Source: Hydrolagus colliei
Lineage: Eukaryota
DNA: 64,000 bases
Direction of reading: 5' to 3'
NCBI GenBank assembly: GCA_035084275.1
Contig: CM068742.1
Span: 126,480,001-126,544,000 of the forward strand
The notes below the pieces were generated by a model. It ran no database searches. It was given only the letters and a program-made list of their open reading frames with translations, and was not told the origin of the DNA. Below, piece after piece: positions 51,003 through 64,000 of the stretch. Positions within the stretch are counted from its first letter, which is position 1. Each line of letters begins with the position of its first letter. The translations under genes and the position numbers were made by a program.

Positions 51003-52874
51003 GTCTTTTCAGATAGATGATCTTGTTCAAAGATCACTGTATTTTAATAACATTCTCAAATGTCAGGCAAGTAAATTGAATACAAAGCCATGACGCGCTC
51101 TGCCTTCCCTCACCTCCACAACGTTGCCCAACTCCACCACGACCTCACCTCTCAGGTCACTAAAACCCTCATTCATGACGTCAGACTCGATTATGCCAAT
51201 GCTTGCTTTCAGCTTCCCCATCTCCTCCCTCCCACAGGCTGCAGATCATCCAGAACACTGCAGCCTGTATCCTCTCCCACACTGGTCTCAGCGGCCCTAT
51301 CACCCCCATTCAGAATGGACTCCACTGGCTTCTCATCACCCAGAGGATTCAATTCAAGATCCTAGTACTCACCTTTAAAGCCCTCCACGTCCTCACCCCA
51401 TCCTATTTCTGCGACCTCCTAACCCTCTACCAACCTGCCCGCTTCCTCCACTCAGTGGGTTCTGGCCTACTCCATGTCCCCCGATCTACCAGCCCCACCA
51501 TCAGCGAACGAGCTTTCAGCCATTCTGCCCCTCTGGAATTCCATCCCGCGATCCCTCTGCTTCGCCAGCTCCCTAGCCTCCTTCAAGTCCCACCTCAAGA
51601 CCCTTCTTTTTGATGGTTCCATCAGTCACCACAAATCCCCTCCTTTCCCTCTACCCTTCCCGATCCCAGCTCAGGTCTGAAACATTCACTGTCCAGAGCC
51701 TTGGGACGTCCTCCTGACGTGAAAGACACTATACAAATGTTGTTGTAATTTTGTTGTTGTTGTTGAATCAGAAATTTGATCTGGAAATGATGTCTGATTG
51801 ACTTGGGTGAGCTGACGCATTGGGAAGCTTCCATGGCTTATAGTCTGAACTCTGCGCCAGTTTTGATGCAACCAAATATATGGCAGCACAGTGCAGACTC
51901 TTTTTGGCATCCATGTTCATGTAATGGTATTTCAACCCCTAAGTCTGCATTTTTTAGCTGTTGAAGCCTATTGATGAAAACACAAAAAGAAGGTTTTCTG
52001 AAATGCCTCTGAACATTTCTCAGTTGTATGTACAAATGTAATGTTGTTGTTGTAGAGGCATAACTTTAAGCCCATTGATTTTGGGACTTATATACTGAGG
52101 AATAAGAATATGTTCTGTGGCGTATAGTAGCAGTGAGTGATGAGCCCAGAGATCTGAGGCATTTCAGACAATATAAACTTATATCAGTGTCAAGGGCAAA
52201 ACTAGCTGGATGACCTAACATACAAAATCTTCTGAAGGATAACTGCTTGAGAAGAGTGTTTAAGTGTGTCAAGTTTTTTGATGCAGATTGGCAGAGATGT
52301 TCCAGTAAACTGATGTAAATTTCACCTCTTTGGGACCTGAACTCTGGCTAAAGGTATTAATCTTTATCATGTATAATTAAGAGTGCTGTCATGATAAATT
52401 AACAAGGTTCTTACTTTACATACATATGCTCTCTATTTGTTCATACTCTGAAGCAAATGTGCACAAAGCTATTCTTTTCCAAGATCCTTTTTCCCTTTAT
52501 TGATTTCAAGATCCTCCCACTCATCTTCAAATATCTTCATGCACTCCATATCGTTGACGTGCTTACTCCCGAATCTACTAGCCACCGAGCAAGAAAGACT
52601 ATCTTGTTTAAAAGCATACCTGGCAATTTGATCCCTGTTAATTTCTCATTTTGTTTATTTTTTGCTTGATCCCCATCATTATTTTTTCCCCTTCAGCAAC
52701 TTATTTTCAGCTAGAAGACCACTTCTGCATTTGCACCATGGAATTTGTTTGTGTCCATCAGCAATGGAATCAATTCAGCATCATTGACATGGAAGATAAT
52801 ATCAATCTACAATATGGGCTCTCACCACTGAACTAGTTTCCGAATATAAAGTTATGAATTTGGCTTTATTCTAC

Positions 52875-53300
52875 ATATCTTGGTTCAGTGATAGCCACTC
52901 TCGCCACTGTTTCAGAAGCTTGTTATTAGCCCCACGTTGGGACTCAAAATTACAGTCTAAGCTGACAGTCCAGTGAGTGCTGGGGTGGGGGAAAGAGATT
53001 CCAATGTCAAGGTGCCGTCTTTGGATGAGATGATAACTGAGGTCCCATCTGCCCGTTCAGTTGGATGTTAAATGTTTCATGGTACTATTTTAAAATAGAA
53101 GGACGTTTCTCCTGGTGTCCTTGCCAACAATAACCTCAAATAAGATTGGTCAAGCATTTCATGGCTGTCTGTGAGAAATTGCTGTGTGGAACTGGCTGAA
53201 GCGTTTTGCTCAAAAAATACACAGTCAATCTACTTCACATTATATCCCGTGAAGCTCTTTGAGGCAACTCAATAAGGTGATAAGCTGCAAGGATTAATAT
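52875..53300 (+). mobile_element. Older DeuSINE (SacSINE1/AmnSINE1-like) near full-length copy
   Basis: tRNA-like head, then ggtgccgtctttggatgagatg...gaggtcccatctgccc...ggatgttaaa...ctcctggtgtccttgccaac, matching the Deu domain as I recall it. Confidence 0.75.
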
Positions 53301-53896
53301 TAATAATAATTATAATAATCCTTGCATTTGATATAGCACTTTTCACATCTTCTAGATGTCTCAAACACTTCACAGATTATACTGTATTATATTACAAGAT
53401 GTGATTGCCTTCCTAGCTAAAACTAGATAAAATTTTGAACCTTGGTGCCCTACTTTTCCTCTTTTGCCTTCCAGCGTTCTCAAACCAAAATTGCAACTGT
53501 GTAATTTATTTTCAAATTTCTCATGCTAAAGACAGGAAGATGCTTGCAAGAAAACTTAGTATCTGTAGTTACTGATCATCATTCTTGTATCTACCCCTTG
53601 GATCAGTGTTTTTTTCCTTTGATGTGATATAGATTCCAGTCTATAGTAATTCAGTAATTCTATGTTTTTATTAAAGTAAGAGAATCTATCTACAGATTCT
53701 TTCTATTCCTCCTTCACAGGACAGAAGTAATAACTAATACTTAGAATTTCTCTCCTCCTCAACGATCTCAAACATCTTTTAGAAATCTCCAGTTTAGCCT
53801 TTCCATAATGAGTTTCTTTGAAGTATAGTGACTGAGTTATTTGCAAACACAGCTTGAATGTCCACTAATAATAATAACTCTGCAAGACAGAAAGCA

Positions 53897-54925
53897 AAGT
53901 TGTGGTGAGTGGCTGTTTTTCAGACTGGAGGGAAATGTGCAGTGGCGTCCCCCAGGGATCGGTTTTTGGACCACTGCTCTTTTTAATATATATTAATGAT
54001 CTGGACTTGGGTGTAGGGAGCACAGTTTCCAAGTTTGCAGATGATATTAAGTTAGGGAGAATAGTAAATAGTGAGGAGGATAGTAACCATCTGCAAGAAG
54101 ATCTAGATAAAATGGTAAAGTGGGCAGACACATGGCAAATGAAGTTTAATGCAGAGAAGTGTAAGGTGATACATTTTGGGAAAAGAAATGAGGGGAGGCA
54201 ATATAGGCTAGATAGTATAATTTTATGGGGTGTGAGGGAACAGAGAGACCTGGGGATTTGTGTTAGTGACTCTTTGAAGGCGGCAGGACAGGTAGACAAA
54301 ACTGTTAAGAAGGCAAATGGGATGCTAGGCCTTATGAATAGGGGTATAGAAAACAAAAATCAGGAAGTGCTGACTAACCTCTATAAAACTTTGGTTAGGC
54401 CTCAGCTGGAGTATTGTGTCCAATTCTGGTCACCACACTATAGAAAGGATGTTAAGGCATTGGAAAGGGTGCAAAGAAGGTTTATTAGAATGGTACCAGA
54501 ATTGAGGGACTTCAGTTATGGGGAAAGGCTAGTTAGGCTAGGTTTATTCTCTTTGGAACAGAGAAGGTTGAGAGGGGACATAATAGAGGTTTATAAAATT
54601 ATGAGGGGATTCGACAGGGTGAATAAGAAAAAACTGTTTCCACTGGTGAGAGAATCTGTGACTCTCGGTCACAGATTTAAAATAGTTTCAAAATGAAGCA
54701 GAGGGGAGCTGATGAGAAATATTTTCACTCAGCGGGTTGTTCAAATCTGGAATGCATTGCCTGAAAAGGTGGTGGAGGCTGATTCGATAACAGCTTTTAA
54801 AAGAGAATTAGATCTTTATTTAGGGAGAACAGGTATAGGGAGAGAGCTGGCGAATGGGATTGAGTTGCTCTTTTCAAAGAGCCGGCACAGACTAGATGGG
54901 CTGAATGGTCTCCTTTTGTGTCATT
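53897..54925 (+). mobile_element. CR1 LINE, RT to 3' UTR, largely open frame
   Basis: SGVPQGSVFGPLLFLIYINDL...SKFADDIKL...WQMKFNAEKCKVIHFG...LVRPQLEYCVQFWSP...LERVQRR. Confidence 0.97.
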
Positions 54926-56059
54926 AAAAAAAAATGCAATGAATGGCTACAGATTCCTTTTTATCTTTGATAAGGCAGATGTGCACTGACGAGAACAAGA
55001 AGTCCTTGTTTTCACTGAAATAAATTAGTAGCACAGGATCTTTAAAATTCAGATACATTACTGGGTCAGGCAAATGGGACCTGAACACCTCAGCTGAGAG
55101 ATGGCGCATTCAACAAAGTAGCTTTTCCTCGGTTCTACAGTGGAGTGTCACCTTAGTTCCCAATGTTGGGTTCACATCCATAGCCTCTTCCACTTACAAC
55201 AAGAATGATGCCAAGCTGACACCAGTGGAAGCTCAACTGCTGAACACATGATAAGTGATTCATGATGCTCTTTCTCTTGGATGAAAGAAAGTTTGGAGTT
55301 CTCTGTTACTGCTTAAGATGGTGTGGCTGCCAAAGAAGTGGATGATCCCTGAAATCATTTAATGCAGTTTTTAAATTGATTTTGTAAAGCTGTGCCTGAC
55401 TGGTGCCGTGTGATAACATTTGTAATAAATATGTGCAGATTCTTTTTGTTCCTGTGCTGCTTATCATTTCACTTGCTATTCAGCATATCATTCACACTTG
55501 TGGAATTCATTCATTCTTTTCAGAAGCGCAGAAACTAACGGTACTGTATATTGATATATTTCTACTCTTATCAGTGAGAAAAGTTTTGTTGGCTCAGTGG
55601 GTAGATTTTCAACATATTAAGTCCAGGAATAAACAGTGATAGACAAGTCTATCCTGAAATTAATCATTAGAATACCTGCATTTGATAAAGCACCTAAACC
55701 ATTTTAAAAAAAGCTTCATGGGGAATTGCTTTAAAATGAACAGACAATATATTTATTGGCAAACACAGCAGCCAATTACAGATCTTGTGATAATATTCAG
55801 AAAGAGAATGGAAAACATTCCCTGATGTCCTAGCCAACAGGCCCCCAAATAAAATTGGTTAATCACTGCATGACTAAAGGACTTTGAAGTTTGTATATTA
55901 GATGCTGTGTTTGCCTACAATTTTACAGCAGCACAAAGATGTGGAAATACAATGATGGAAACATCCCACACAAATTATAATCCAGGCAGAAGATCTTGTT
56001 CACCCTTCACCATGCTTGTTCTGCATCTTTAAGACAGATCTGATCTCAAACCCACTCAT

Positions 56060-56445
56060 ACCCACACTTCACCAGTTCTGGCCAGGCTCCATTGGCTTCC
56101 CATCACAGAATGGATCGACTTCAAGATCATTCCCTGGCACGTCACTACCTGTCCAATCTCCTCACTCCCCAATCCACCACCTGGCGTATCTGCTCAACTA
56201 GTTCCGGCTTCATGCTCGTCACTTACAGCTTCCGCCCCACCATCGGAGGTTGTGCTTTCAACTACTACACCCCAACACTCTGGAACACTCACTTTCAATC
56301 ACTCTGCCTTGCCCTCTTTCTCCCCCTTTGAAGTCCCAACTGAAAACCTTCCAATTTGATCTTGCTTACAGACATGTCCCCTGAAATCCCCTGGCTCAGA
56401 GTCACTGATACGTGCTCTGAGATGTTCCCCGGGGTGGAGGGCGAC
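56060..56445 (+). mobile_element. Degraded L2 3' fragment
   Basis: RPTIGGCAFNYYTPTLWN; second-type 3' stem gctctgagatg...ggagggcg. Confidence 0.75.
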
Positions 56446-56742
56446 ATTGCCCAGAGGGAGTATATAACAAGGAAATGAAGAGGGCCAAGCATGGAGCCCT
56501 GGGGTATCGGGCAGGTGTGGGAGGAGAAACAATTTGCTGAGATGAAATGGAGGAGGTTTGTTACATAGGTCTCAAACCATGTGTGAGCGGTCCCTCTAAG
56601 GGAGATGAGGAAGGAGAGGCAGTGTAGAAGGATATGTTGAACATGGAAGTGAGATCCAGGAGGATGAGGAGGCAGAGATATTATTATTTGGTCTCAACAC
56701 TGCAGCAGAAAACTTTATTGATTTAACCGGGCAGAAAATTGT

Positions 56743-57750
56743 AACAAAATTACATTTGTATAGCACTTTTCACTTTGAGAGGACATCCAAAGGTACTGGA
56801 CAGTCCATGTTTCGGACCCGAGCTCGGGTCAGGATCGTGGATGGTGGAGGGAAGGGACAGAAAGGGGTGACTGATGGCACTGTCGAAGAGGACTCTTTTG
56901 AGGCGGGACTTGAAGGAGGCTGGGGAGGGGTTGAGGTGGAGGGATTGTGAGATGGAATTCTCAAAGTAGAGGGCAGAGTGGCTGAAAGCTCGTGCGGTGC
57001 GTGGGTCGATGGACATGTAGCAGGCCTGCTGAGCTGAGGAAGCAGAGAGGTTGGTAAGGAGTTAGGAGGTCAGAGAGATAGGGTGGGGCAAGGCCATAAA
57101 GGGTTTTGAAAGTGAGGATTAGTGTCCGGCGATATATCGATATATCGGTTATATTGGTATAATTTTTCATATCGATATGCCGATATTGGAAATTTTAATA
57201 TATCGGTATATCTAAAAATTCGCTATAAAAAAAAATATCGGTATATCGCAAATATCGGTATATCGTGTCCGGCGATATATTGATATGTCGGTTATATCGG
57301 TATAATGCAAACTTTTTCAACTTACCTCGTCACTGGCATTGCAAACCTCCTGGGCCTAGAGCACAGAATGCGCGCACATATCGGAATGCGCGCGCACGCC
57401 GGAATGCGTGCGCACCTCCGAATGTGTGCGCACCTCCGAATACCTCCGCATACACTGGATAAAAAAACCCGGCTATATTCATATATCAGTATATATCGAT
57501 ATGAGCCCACCAATATATCGATAGCGAAAATTTCTATATCGATGGACCCTAGTAAGGACCAGGACCTTGAATTGAATCCTCTGTATGATGGGGAGCCCAT
57601 GGAGTCTGGCAAGAATGGGGGCGATGGGGTTGCAGAGCTTGATGTGGGAAAGGACATAGGCTGCAGGTTTCTGGATAATCAGCAGCCAATGAAGGGAGGA
57701 GTTGGGAAGGCCGACAAGCAGGGCTTTGGCATAGTTGAGCCAATTTAACG
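56743..57750 (-). mobile_element. L2 3' portion split by a hAT insertion
   Basis: LHGLPIIQRIQFKVLVLT on one side of the insertion continues as LILTFKTLYGLAPPYLSDLL on the other. Confidence 0.9.
57120..57551. mobile_element. Non-autonomous hAT element, second copy (432 bp)
   Basis: TIR tagtgtccggcgatat / atatcgatggacccta; degenerate 8-bp TSD gtgaggat / gtaaggac; shares aatgcgcgcac repeats with 10856-11604. Confidence 0.92.
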
Positions 57751-59214
57751 TCAGAACGCTGCCACATTTCGCCCACAAATATACAGTCAATTCACTTTCC
57801 AGTATATTCTATGAAGCGCTTTGAGACGTCGATAAGATGTGAAAAGCGCGATATCAAATGCAAGGATTATTAGTATTAATATGACATCTACAATAAAGTA
57901 ACCTGAAAACTAATGATGGATGAGCTATAGTCATCTCCTCTTTCTTCACGGTGTCAAGCTTCTCAATTGCGCCGAGATACTACCCCAATGATCAGCGATA
58001 TAAATGCTGTCTTAAATCACTTTGGTCAACATCTAGCATGAATCCAAATACAATGATAGATGATTAGCACGTTTCTAAAATAGCTTTATTATGCACTTTA
58101 GAAACTTGGGAATTACAATGTTATTTGCATCAGCTGAGGCTTTGGAGAACATTTACCTTCAGCTCTATTGCCTCTTCAGTGCTTCCTTTGCATTTCTCAA
58201 TCTCAGATCTTCCCTATCTTTAACATAGATGATATTAGAATAGGTTTATGTTGTTCATTACTCACAGTCCTTGCAACTACAATTATTTTCCATAGCAGCG
58301 CTAAAGAAGGAAGATGGGCCACAGACCATTTAGAGTTTCTTGACCTATTTATGCTGTGCTCCCTCCTCAACTGGTACTTTTAAAATAATTGATTTTTGCA
58401 TGGTTCAGAATCTCACTTGCTGTGTCCTCTCTTTAATCTTAATTACCTATCTATTCTATTGGTTTGTATTACACAGGCTTTGTTCTTTGATCACCATAGA
58501 CAATTTGACTCATCACCCTGCACAGGGCAGAATTTTCGCATCACTAATTAGTCTGACTGCATCTTTAATCTGAGGAAAGTGTAACATTTGTGGTGTTTCT
58601 TAACTAATGCATGCATTAAGCTCCCCTCACCAAGTGGCAGCACACTCCCTCTGGTAATGATGCAGCATCCACTGTGTTATATTAATAATCTTTGCATTTG
58701 GTATAAAATCTTATGATGTCATAGAGACATGAGAAACTGCTGCATGGATGTATTGTAAGTAGTGTGACTATGTTTTGTTGGTGAACAATTTTGTTGTTAA
58801 AATTTAAAGCAAGTTATTTTTATTTTACTGTCATGGCCCTTACACTGGCTGCTAAACCGTCTCTTTTATTTCATATTCAATTCTAATGCTTGATCAGCAC
58901 AGGTGAGGTGAAACCCCAACTCTCCCCCTCACTAAGTATTACAGATTTAGCAATCAGTATAGCTCACTTAATTGTGCATTATTGGCTGGGCAAAGAGAAA
59001 GCAGACATTTCTACTGCTCCTCCACAGATCAAGCATAGAAATAAATATAAAACAATTACAAATGATGTATCTAAAAAGGAAGAAACTACTTACATAGAGG
59101 GATGTCATGCCACCTTCTGGGCACTTATAGTTAACAGTGACAGTAGATAAGAAACCGTGCAAATGTAACCCGTATATATCAAACTTGCAAGTGTGGCATT
59201 TTTATTAGCTGCAG

Positions 59215-59370
59215 GTCTGGGTTGGTGCTACAATGTGTAGATACATACTTTGGATTAGATGTTAAACCACTGTCCCATATGCCTATCGAAGGGGATGTTA
59301 AAGTTCCCCTGACACTATTTGAAAAGCAATATGAGGTTGCTTGGTGTTCTGGCCAACAATCCATCAAATA
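59215..59370 (+). mobile_element. Old DeuSINE-like fragment
   Basis: ggattagatgttaaacc...ggatgttaaagttccc...cactatttgaa...ggtgttctggccaaca. Confidence 0.6.
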
Positions 59371-59599
59371 AAACTTGTTTATTCAATAACAACTTATATT
59401 TATATGGAGGCCCATATCCAGTCTTGGAATGCCTAACAGTGGCACAGCCTGACACTGAGATCAGGGAATGGGGGAAGTCAATGTAGGCACTGTCGAAGAG
59501 GAAGATCTTCAGGCATGATCTGTGGAATTATTTTTCGGTCAGCTGGGTGTCTGAGACATGTGGAAACCCATCATCATGCTTAAGAGTATCAAAACAATA

Positions 59600-59790
59600 C
59601 TGAGAATTCCAAGCATCCTACATATACATGAAAATTCCACAGATAAATTGTTGGAATGGAATGCAGACTCTCTCCCTGGAGAGACGCATCCTGTTTACCT
59701 AATTCAGGAAAGTGTTAGGTTGGCAAGAGTGTGTATTGGGGTACTGATGAAGTCTAACCAGCTAAAACTGCATAGCTTGTGATTGCTAGT
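59600..59790 (+). repeat. Unclassified dispersed repeat, copy 2
   Basis: Aligns by eye to the reverse complement of 7010-7195. Confidence 0.7.
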
Positions 59791-60180
59791 ATTGTCTGAA
59801 AATGGGAAAGAAGGGCGTAAGGCAGAGGGAATGAAGGAAGGTGTTCCAAAATGTCAGGGAATAAAGGCTGAAAGCCACCAATGGTGAAGAGGAGAGGACG
59901 AGGGATAAGTAGGAGGCCAAGCAGGCTGACTAGTAGTGATGGGTTGTGAAATGGGAAGTAGGCAGATTGAAGAAGTAGTAAGATCCAGGGCATGAAGGGA
60001 TTTGTACATAAATGTGAGGACCTTCAATTTGATCCATTCAATGAAAGAAAAACAATGGAGCCTTGCAAGGGCTGGTGTGATTGGGTGCAGAGTTTACTAT
60101 GGATCGTGGAGCTGGAAAGACCAGTGAGGATGATATTCGAATATTCGAGGCAGGAGATGACGGAAACATGGATGAGAGTT
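59790..60180 (-). mobile_element. Old L2 C-terminal fragment
   Basis: ggctgaaagccaccaatggtg; gaggaccttcaatttgatcc; gatgacggaaacatggatgagagtt, reverse complements of L2 motifs. Confidence 0.7.
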
Positions 60181-61234
60181 ATAGCTAATGTGCACAGTAG
60201 TGGAAATTTGCTACCACAGATTAGCAGCCAATTAGCAGATAGCTATGTTCAACAAGCAGTCATTCACTCCATGGCTTCTTGTGGAGCACTAGTATGCACA
60301 AATTGGCTGCAGATGCATTATTTCCAGTGCCTTGGAATGTTCTCCCAATGTGAAAGGCGCACTAGACATGTAATTTTGTTGTATTATTATGAATTATTAA
60401 ATTTGGTTTCAAATAAATTTTGCAGCAAACTAAAAATCCGCAAACCCAAATTGTCACAAATAGAAAGACAGTGAAAGATTTTCAAGTGAAAGTGATGCAA
60501 AGGGTTTAAGATGGCTATAAAAATACAACACAAAATTACATTTGTACAGCGTCCTTCACATCAGTAGGACATGCAAAATCAGGGTACTACTCCAAACTCA
60601 TTCTGGAGGCCAAGAACAACCCCAAGGTCCTTTTCTCCACCACCCACCACCTCCTCCATGCGCCTCCTAAAGCAATCTCAATCTTTAGATCCATCAACAA
60701 GTCTTCAGTCCCATGGCTCTCACCTCCTTGGCCTCCCCAACCTGTCCCTAAAACTCTCTGAACCCATACGCAACCTGGGCATCAGGTTTGAACTCCCTAT
60801 TATCCTTCCTCCCCCACATCTGTCCCTCAATAGCACTACCTTCTTCCATATCTGCCACATTGCCCGTCCATGGCTTTGTCACCTCTGGGTTGGACTACTC
60901 CAATGCCCTCCACTGCTCTGAGTCTCACCCACCCCCATCTCTCTAACTTCCTCTCTTCTCACAGCAGTAGTTGCTGCCTCCGTTCTACTGGGTCTGGCCT
61001 CCTCCTGGTGAAGTTTTATTTATTGAATAATTAGAGGTTAATATTCAAATAGTGCAGCTAATACAGGTAACAATAAAAGTAATTATTGCGTTTGATCTAG
61101 CATTTTCCATGTCAGAAGAATATCCTGAACCTCTTCTTAGGATATTATGTAAAGTGCGCTGACTGTTTTTGTGGGCAAATGTGGCAGCCAAATTGGGATT
61201 GTTGGAATTATAGATTGGTATAATAATACAATAT

Positions 61235-62950
61235 TTCAGCACAGAAGGATGCTATTCAGCCCATTGTGCCTGTGTGTGCCTCTTTGGAAGAGCTATCCAA
61301 ACAATTCCACTGTGCTGCTCTTTCCCCATATCCTTGCAAATTTTCCTCTTGAAGTACCTATCCAATTCCCTTTTGAAAGTTGTTATTGAATCTGTTTCCA
61401 TGACCCATTCAGGTAGTGCATTCCAGACTGTAACAACTTTCTGCGTGTAATTTGTTTTTACCAATTATCTTGAATCAATGTCCCCTGGATACCGATCCAC
61501 CGGCCACAGGAAACGGTTTATCCCAATCTACTATTTAAAAAAACTTTTTAACACTTCTATTGAATCTTCCTGTTAAAATATAAATAAGAATCCCTGCAGT
61601 TAATATGGTGCCTATCACATCTTCGAGACATCACAAAGTGCTTCACAGGATATACTGTAAAGTGAATTGACTGTATACAGTACTTTGTGGACAAAACATA
61701 GAACAATCCCAGCTTCTGTAGTTTCTCCACGTAATTAAAGTTCCTCATCCATGATACCATTCTGGTAAATCTCCTCTGCACCCTCTCCAATGCCTTGATA
61801 TCTCCCCTAAAGTGTGTTGCCCAGAATTAGATAATCTAATCTTTTTAATTTTTTGAGGATATGTCAAGTAGATCAGATAGGGGGAAATCAGTGGATGTAG
61901 TGTATTTGGATTTCCAAAAGGCATTCGATAAGGTGCCACGCAAAAGGTTCATCCCCAAAAAGTTGGGGGCCCATGGAATTGGGGGAAATATATTAACATG
62001 GATTGAAGAATGGCTAACGGGAAGGAAACAAAGAGTGGGGATAAACGAGTCCTTCTCAGATTGGCAGGATGTGACTAGTGGAGTGCCACAAGGATCAGTG
62101 CTTGGGCCTCAGCTATTTAAAATCTACATCAGATGAGGACATTGAAGTTAAAATATCCAAATTCACGGGTGACACTAAATTATGAGGGAGAGTAAACACT
62201 GAGGATAACATTAATAAAATGCAATGCGATATAGATAGGCTAGTGAGTGAGCAAGTAGGTTCACTCGGTTGGTACCTGGGATGAGGGGGATGAGTTATGA
62301 GGATAGGTTGAGCAATCTAGGCCTATATTCTCTAGAATATACAAGAATTGAAGGTGATCTTATAGAAACCTATGAGATTATTAAGAGGCAAAACAGTGAT
62401 AGTGGGAGACTATTTCCCCTTGTTGGGGAAGCTATAACCAGGGGTCACACTCTTAAAATTAAGGGTCAGCCCTTTCGCACTGAGTTGAGAAAAAACTTCT
62501 TCACTCAGAGGTTAGTGAATTTATGGAATTCTCTACCCCAAAGGGGTGTAGATGCTCAGTCGTTGAACATATTCAAGACTGAGATTGATAGATTTCTTGT
62601 GGATAAAAGCATTAAGGGATATGGGGATAAGGTAGGTGGAGTTAGAATAGATCAGCCATGATCTTATTGAGTGGCAGAGCAGGCTCAAGGGGCCAAATGG
62701 CCTACTCCTGCTCCTAATTCTTATGTCCTTATGTTCTTATAAAACTCCACCTGAGGTGTAACCAGTGATTTATAAAGATCTATCAGAACTTCTTTGTTTT
62801 TGTACTCTATACCTCTATTTATAAAGCCAATGATCCCATATGATTAATTATCAGCTCCACAATCTGTCCTGCAAACCCCAGGTCTTTCTATAAACATTAC
62901 AGTTAATCTGCCATGTGTCTGCCCATTTCACCAGTCTGTCTATGTTACTG
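61235..62950 (-). mobile_element. CR1 (minus) split by an inserted plus-strand CR1 and a SINE tail
   Basis: VWNALPE...FKRELD and LERVQRRFTRMV on minus; resumes at 62743 (actccacctgagg...) and includes DRLVKWADTWQ. Confidence 0.85.
61840..62740 (+). mobile_element. CR1 LINE with internal deletion and intact 3' tail
   Basis: VDVVYLDFQKAFDKVP...SGVPQGSVLGPQLF; LGLYSLE...NFFTQRLVNLWNSLP; tail ttcttatgtccttatgttcttat. Confidence 0.95.
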
Positions 62951-64000
62951 TTGGAGGTGGGGGGTGGGTGGCAGTGGGTGGGATGTGCAACATAACATGA
63001 TGTGTGCTGAATATTTACAGAGCTTCTCAGCCAGGGTGAAAAAACCTTCTGTAGACCTGACACTTAGATTTGATATTTTGCATTTCTCTTGTATCTGTTG
63101 GCAAATGATTGAATAAAACAATGGAATGAAACACATGATATTTTGAACAGAATCATTTCAATAAATGTTGCATTTTTCACTTCTATATTTGATACATAGG
63201 TTTTTTTAAAAGGTAAAAGGGGATTTTATGCAGCGAAAAGTTTATTTCAGTGCAAGGGAATTCAAAGCTTAAATTCCATGTTTTCATTTTCATTGGTGAG
63301 ACTATCTGTATTCAGGTTCAAAGTAGAGATGAATGGTTCTCTAATTCTGGCGAGGCTCAAAAAAAAACTTGTCTTGTAGTTGATTTTTGTCAGCTCAATG
63401 TGCACAGAATTATATGTTCAATTCCCAAAAGGCAGGTTACTGTTTTGACAAGGATAAGACCAACAAACAAAAACTTGATGCTTCTTAACAAAAAAATATT
63501 ATTTTCTTCCTTTCATCAAAAAATGTAGCAGATGAATTACAGAAGCTTCTAATTACATCTGCTGTGACTGTCTCCAAGGATGGAATCTACAAGGTAATGG
63601 ATGTTCGTGCCCCAGAAATGTTTTATTGGGCTGTGACTGAATGGTTCACTAGGGACAATGTATACGTCATCTTTAGGCTCAGAGTGAGTGTTGATACAGC
63701 ACTACCGATGTTCTCTGGGAAGATGTATTGTATTGTGGTATGGTACGGTTACAATATTTGGACAAGACTAACTTAAAACACCATTAAAATAATTTATTGG
63801 AATGCAACAACAACAATTTATGCTTTTGTGGTACTATTCACGTTGGGGAGAAACAAATCTCAAGGCTATTTATACAGAATGGGCAGGCATCCGAACTGAA
63901 AGGGAGCATGTAGAAAGGACAAGGTTAAAAATACAGGCAAGCTAGGTCAACGCGGAGATGAGAAACGTATTTTTGTATTAATCTTGTTTTCAAATAGTGA

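Larger units (their letters stand above)
49420..51765 (+). mobile_element. L2 LINE (RT to 3' end) interrupted by two SINEs
   Basis: [24 protein letters not shown]...[20 protein letters not shown]...LHWL; (ttg)n tail at 51740-51765. Confidence 0.92.

Noticed and set aside
53902-54696. Host reverse-transcriptase gene
   Set aside because: 5'-truncated CR1 ORF2 with premature stop and CR1 3' UTR; no evidence of domestication

Overview
Non-coding, repeat-dense vertebrate genomic DNA. The repeat set points to a cartilaginous fish, probably a chimaera/elephant-shark-like holocephalan; this is inferred from the repeats only. I could not confidently identify any host protein-coding gene, and nearly all listed ORFs are either spurious or fragments of LINE ORF2. 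The window is a mosaic of: 5'-truncated L2 LINEs with (TTG)n tails, three of them young; CR1 LINE fragments; a very abundant tRNA-headed SINE with a Deu-like core and L2-type 3' stem-loop, present as short and long subfamilies; older DeuSINE/SacSINE-like copies; two copies of a non-autonomous hAT element (16-bp TIR, 8-bp TSD); and one Tc2/pogo-like non-autonomous element with TA duplication. The most interesting signals are (i) three copies of a ~140-bp Penelope-type repeat carrying minimal type-I hammerhead ribozyme cores, (ii) a 33-bp strand-asymmetric hairpin with G.U wobbles at 17365-17435, (iii) young L2 copies whose ORF2 runs without a stop through the 3' stem-loop into the tail, (iv) an unclassified ~180-bp dispersed repeat, and (v) a few orphan exon-like segments, one with EGF-like cysteine spacing. 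Boundaries of old repeats are approximate (tens of bp).
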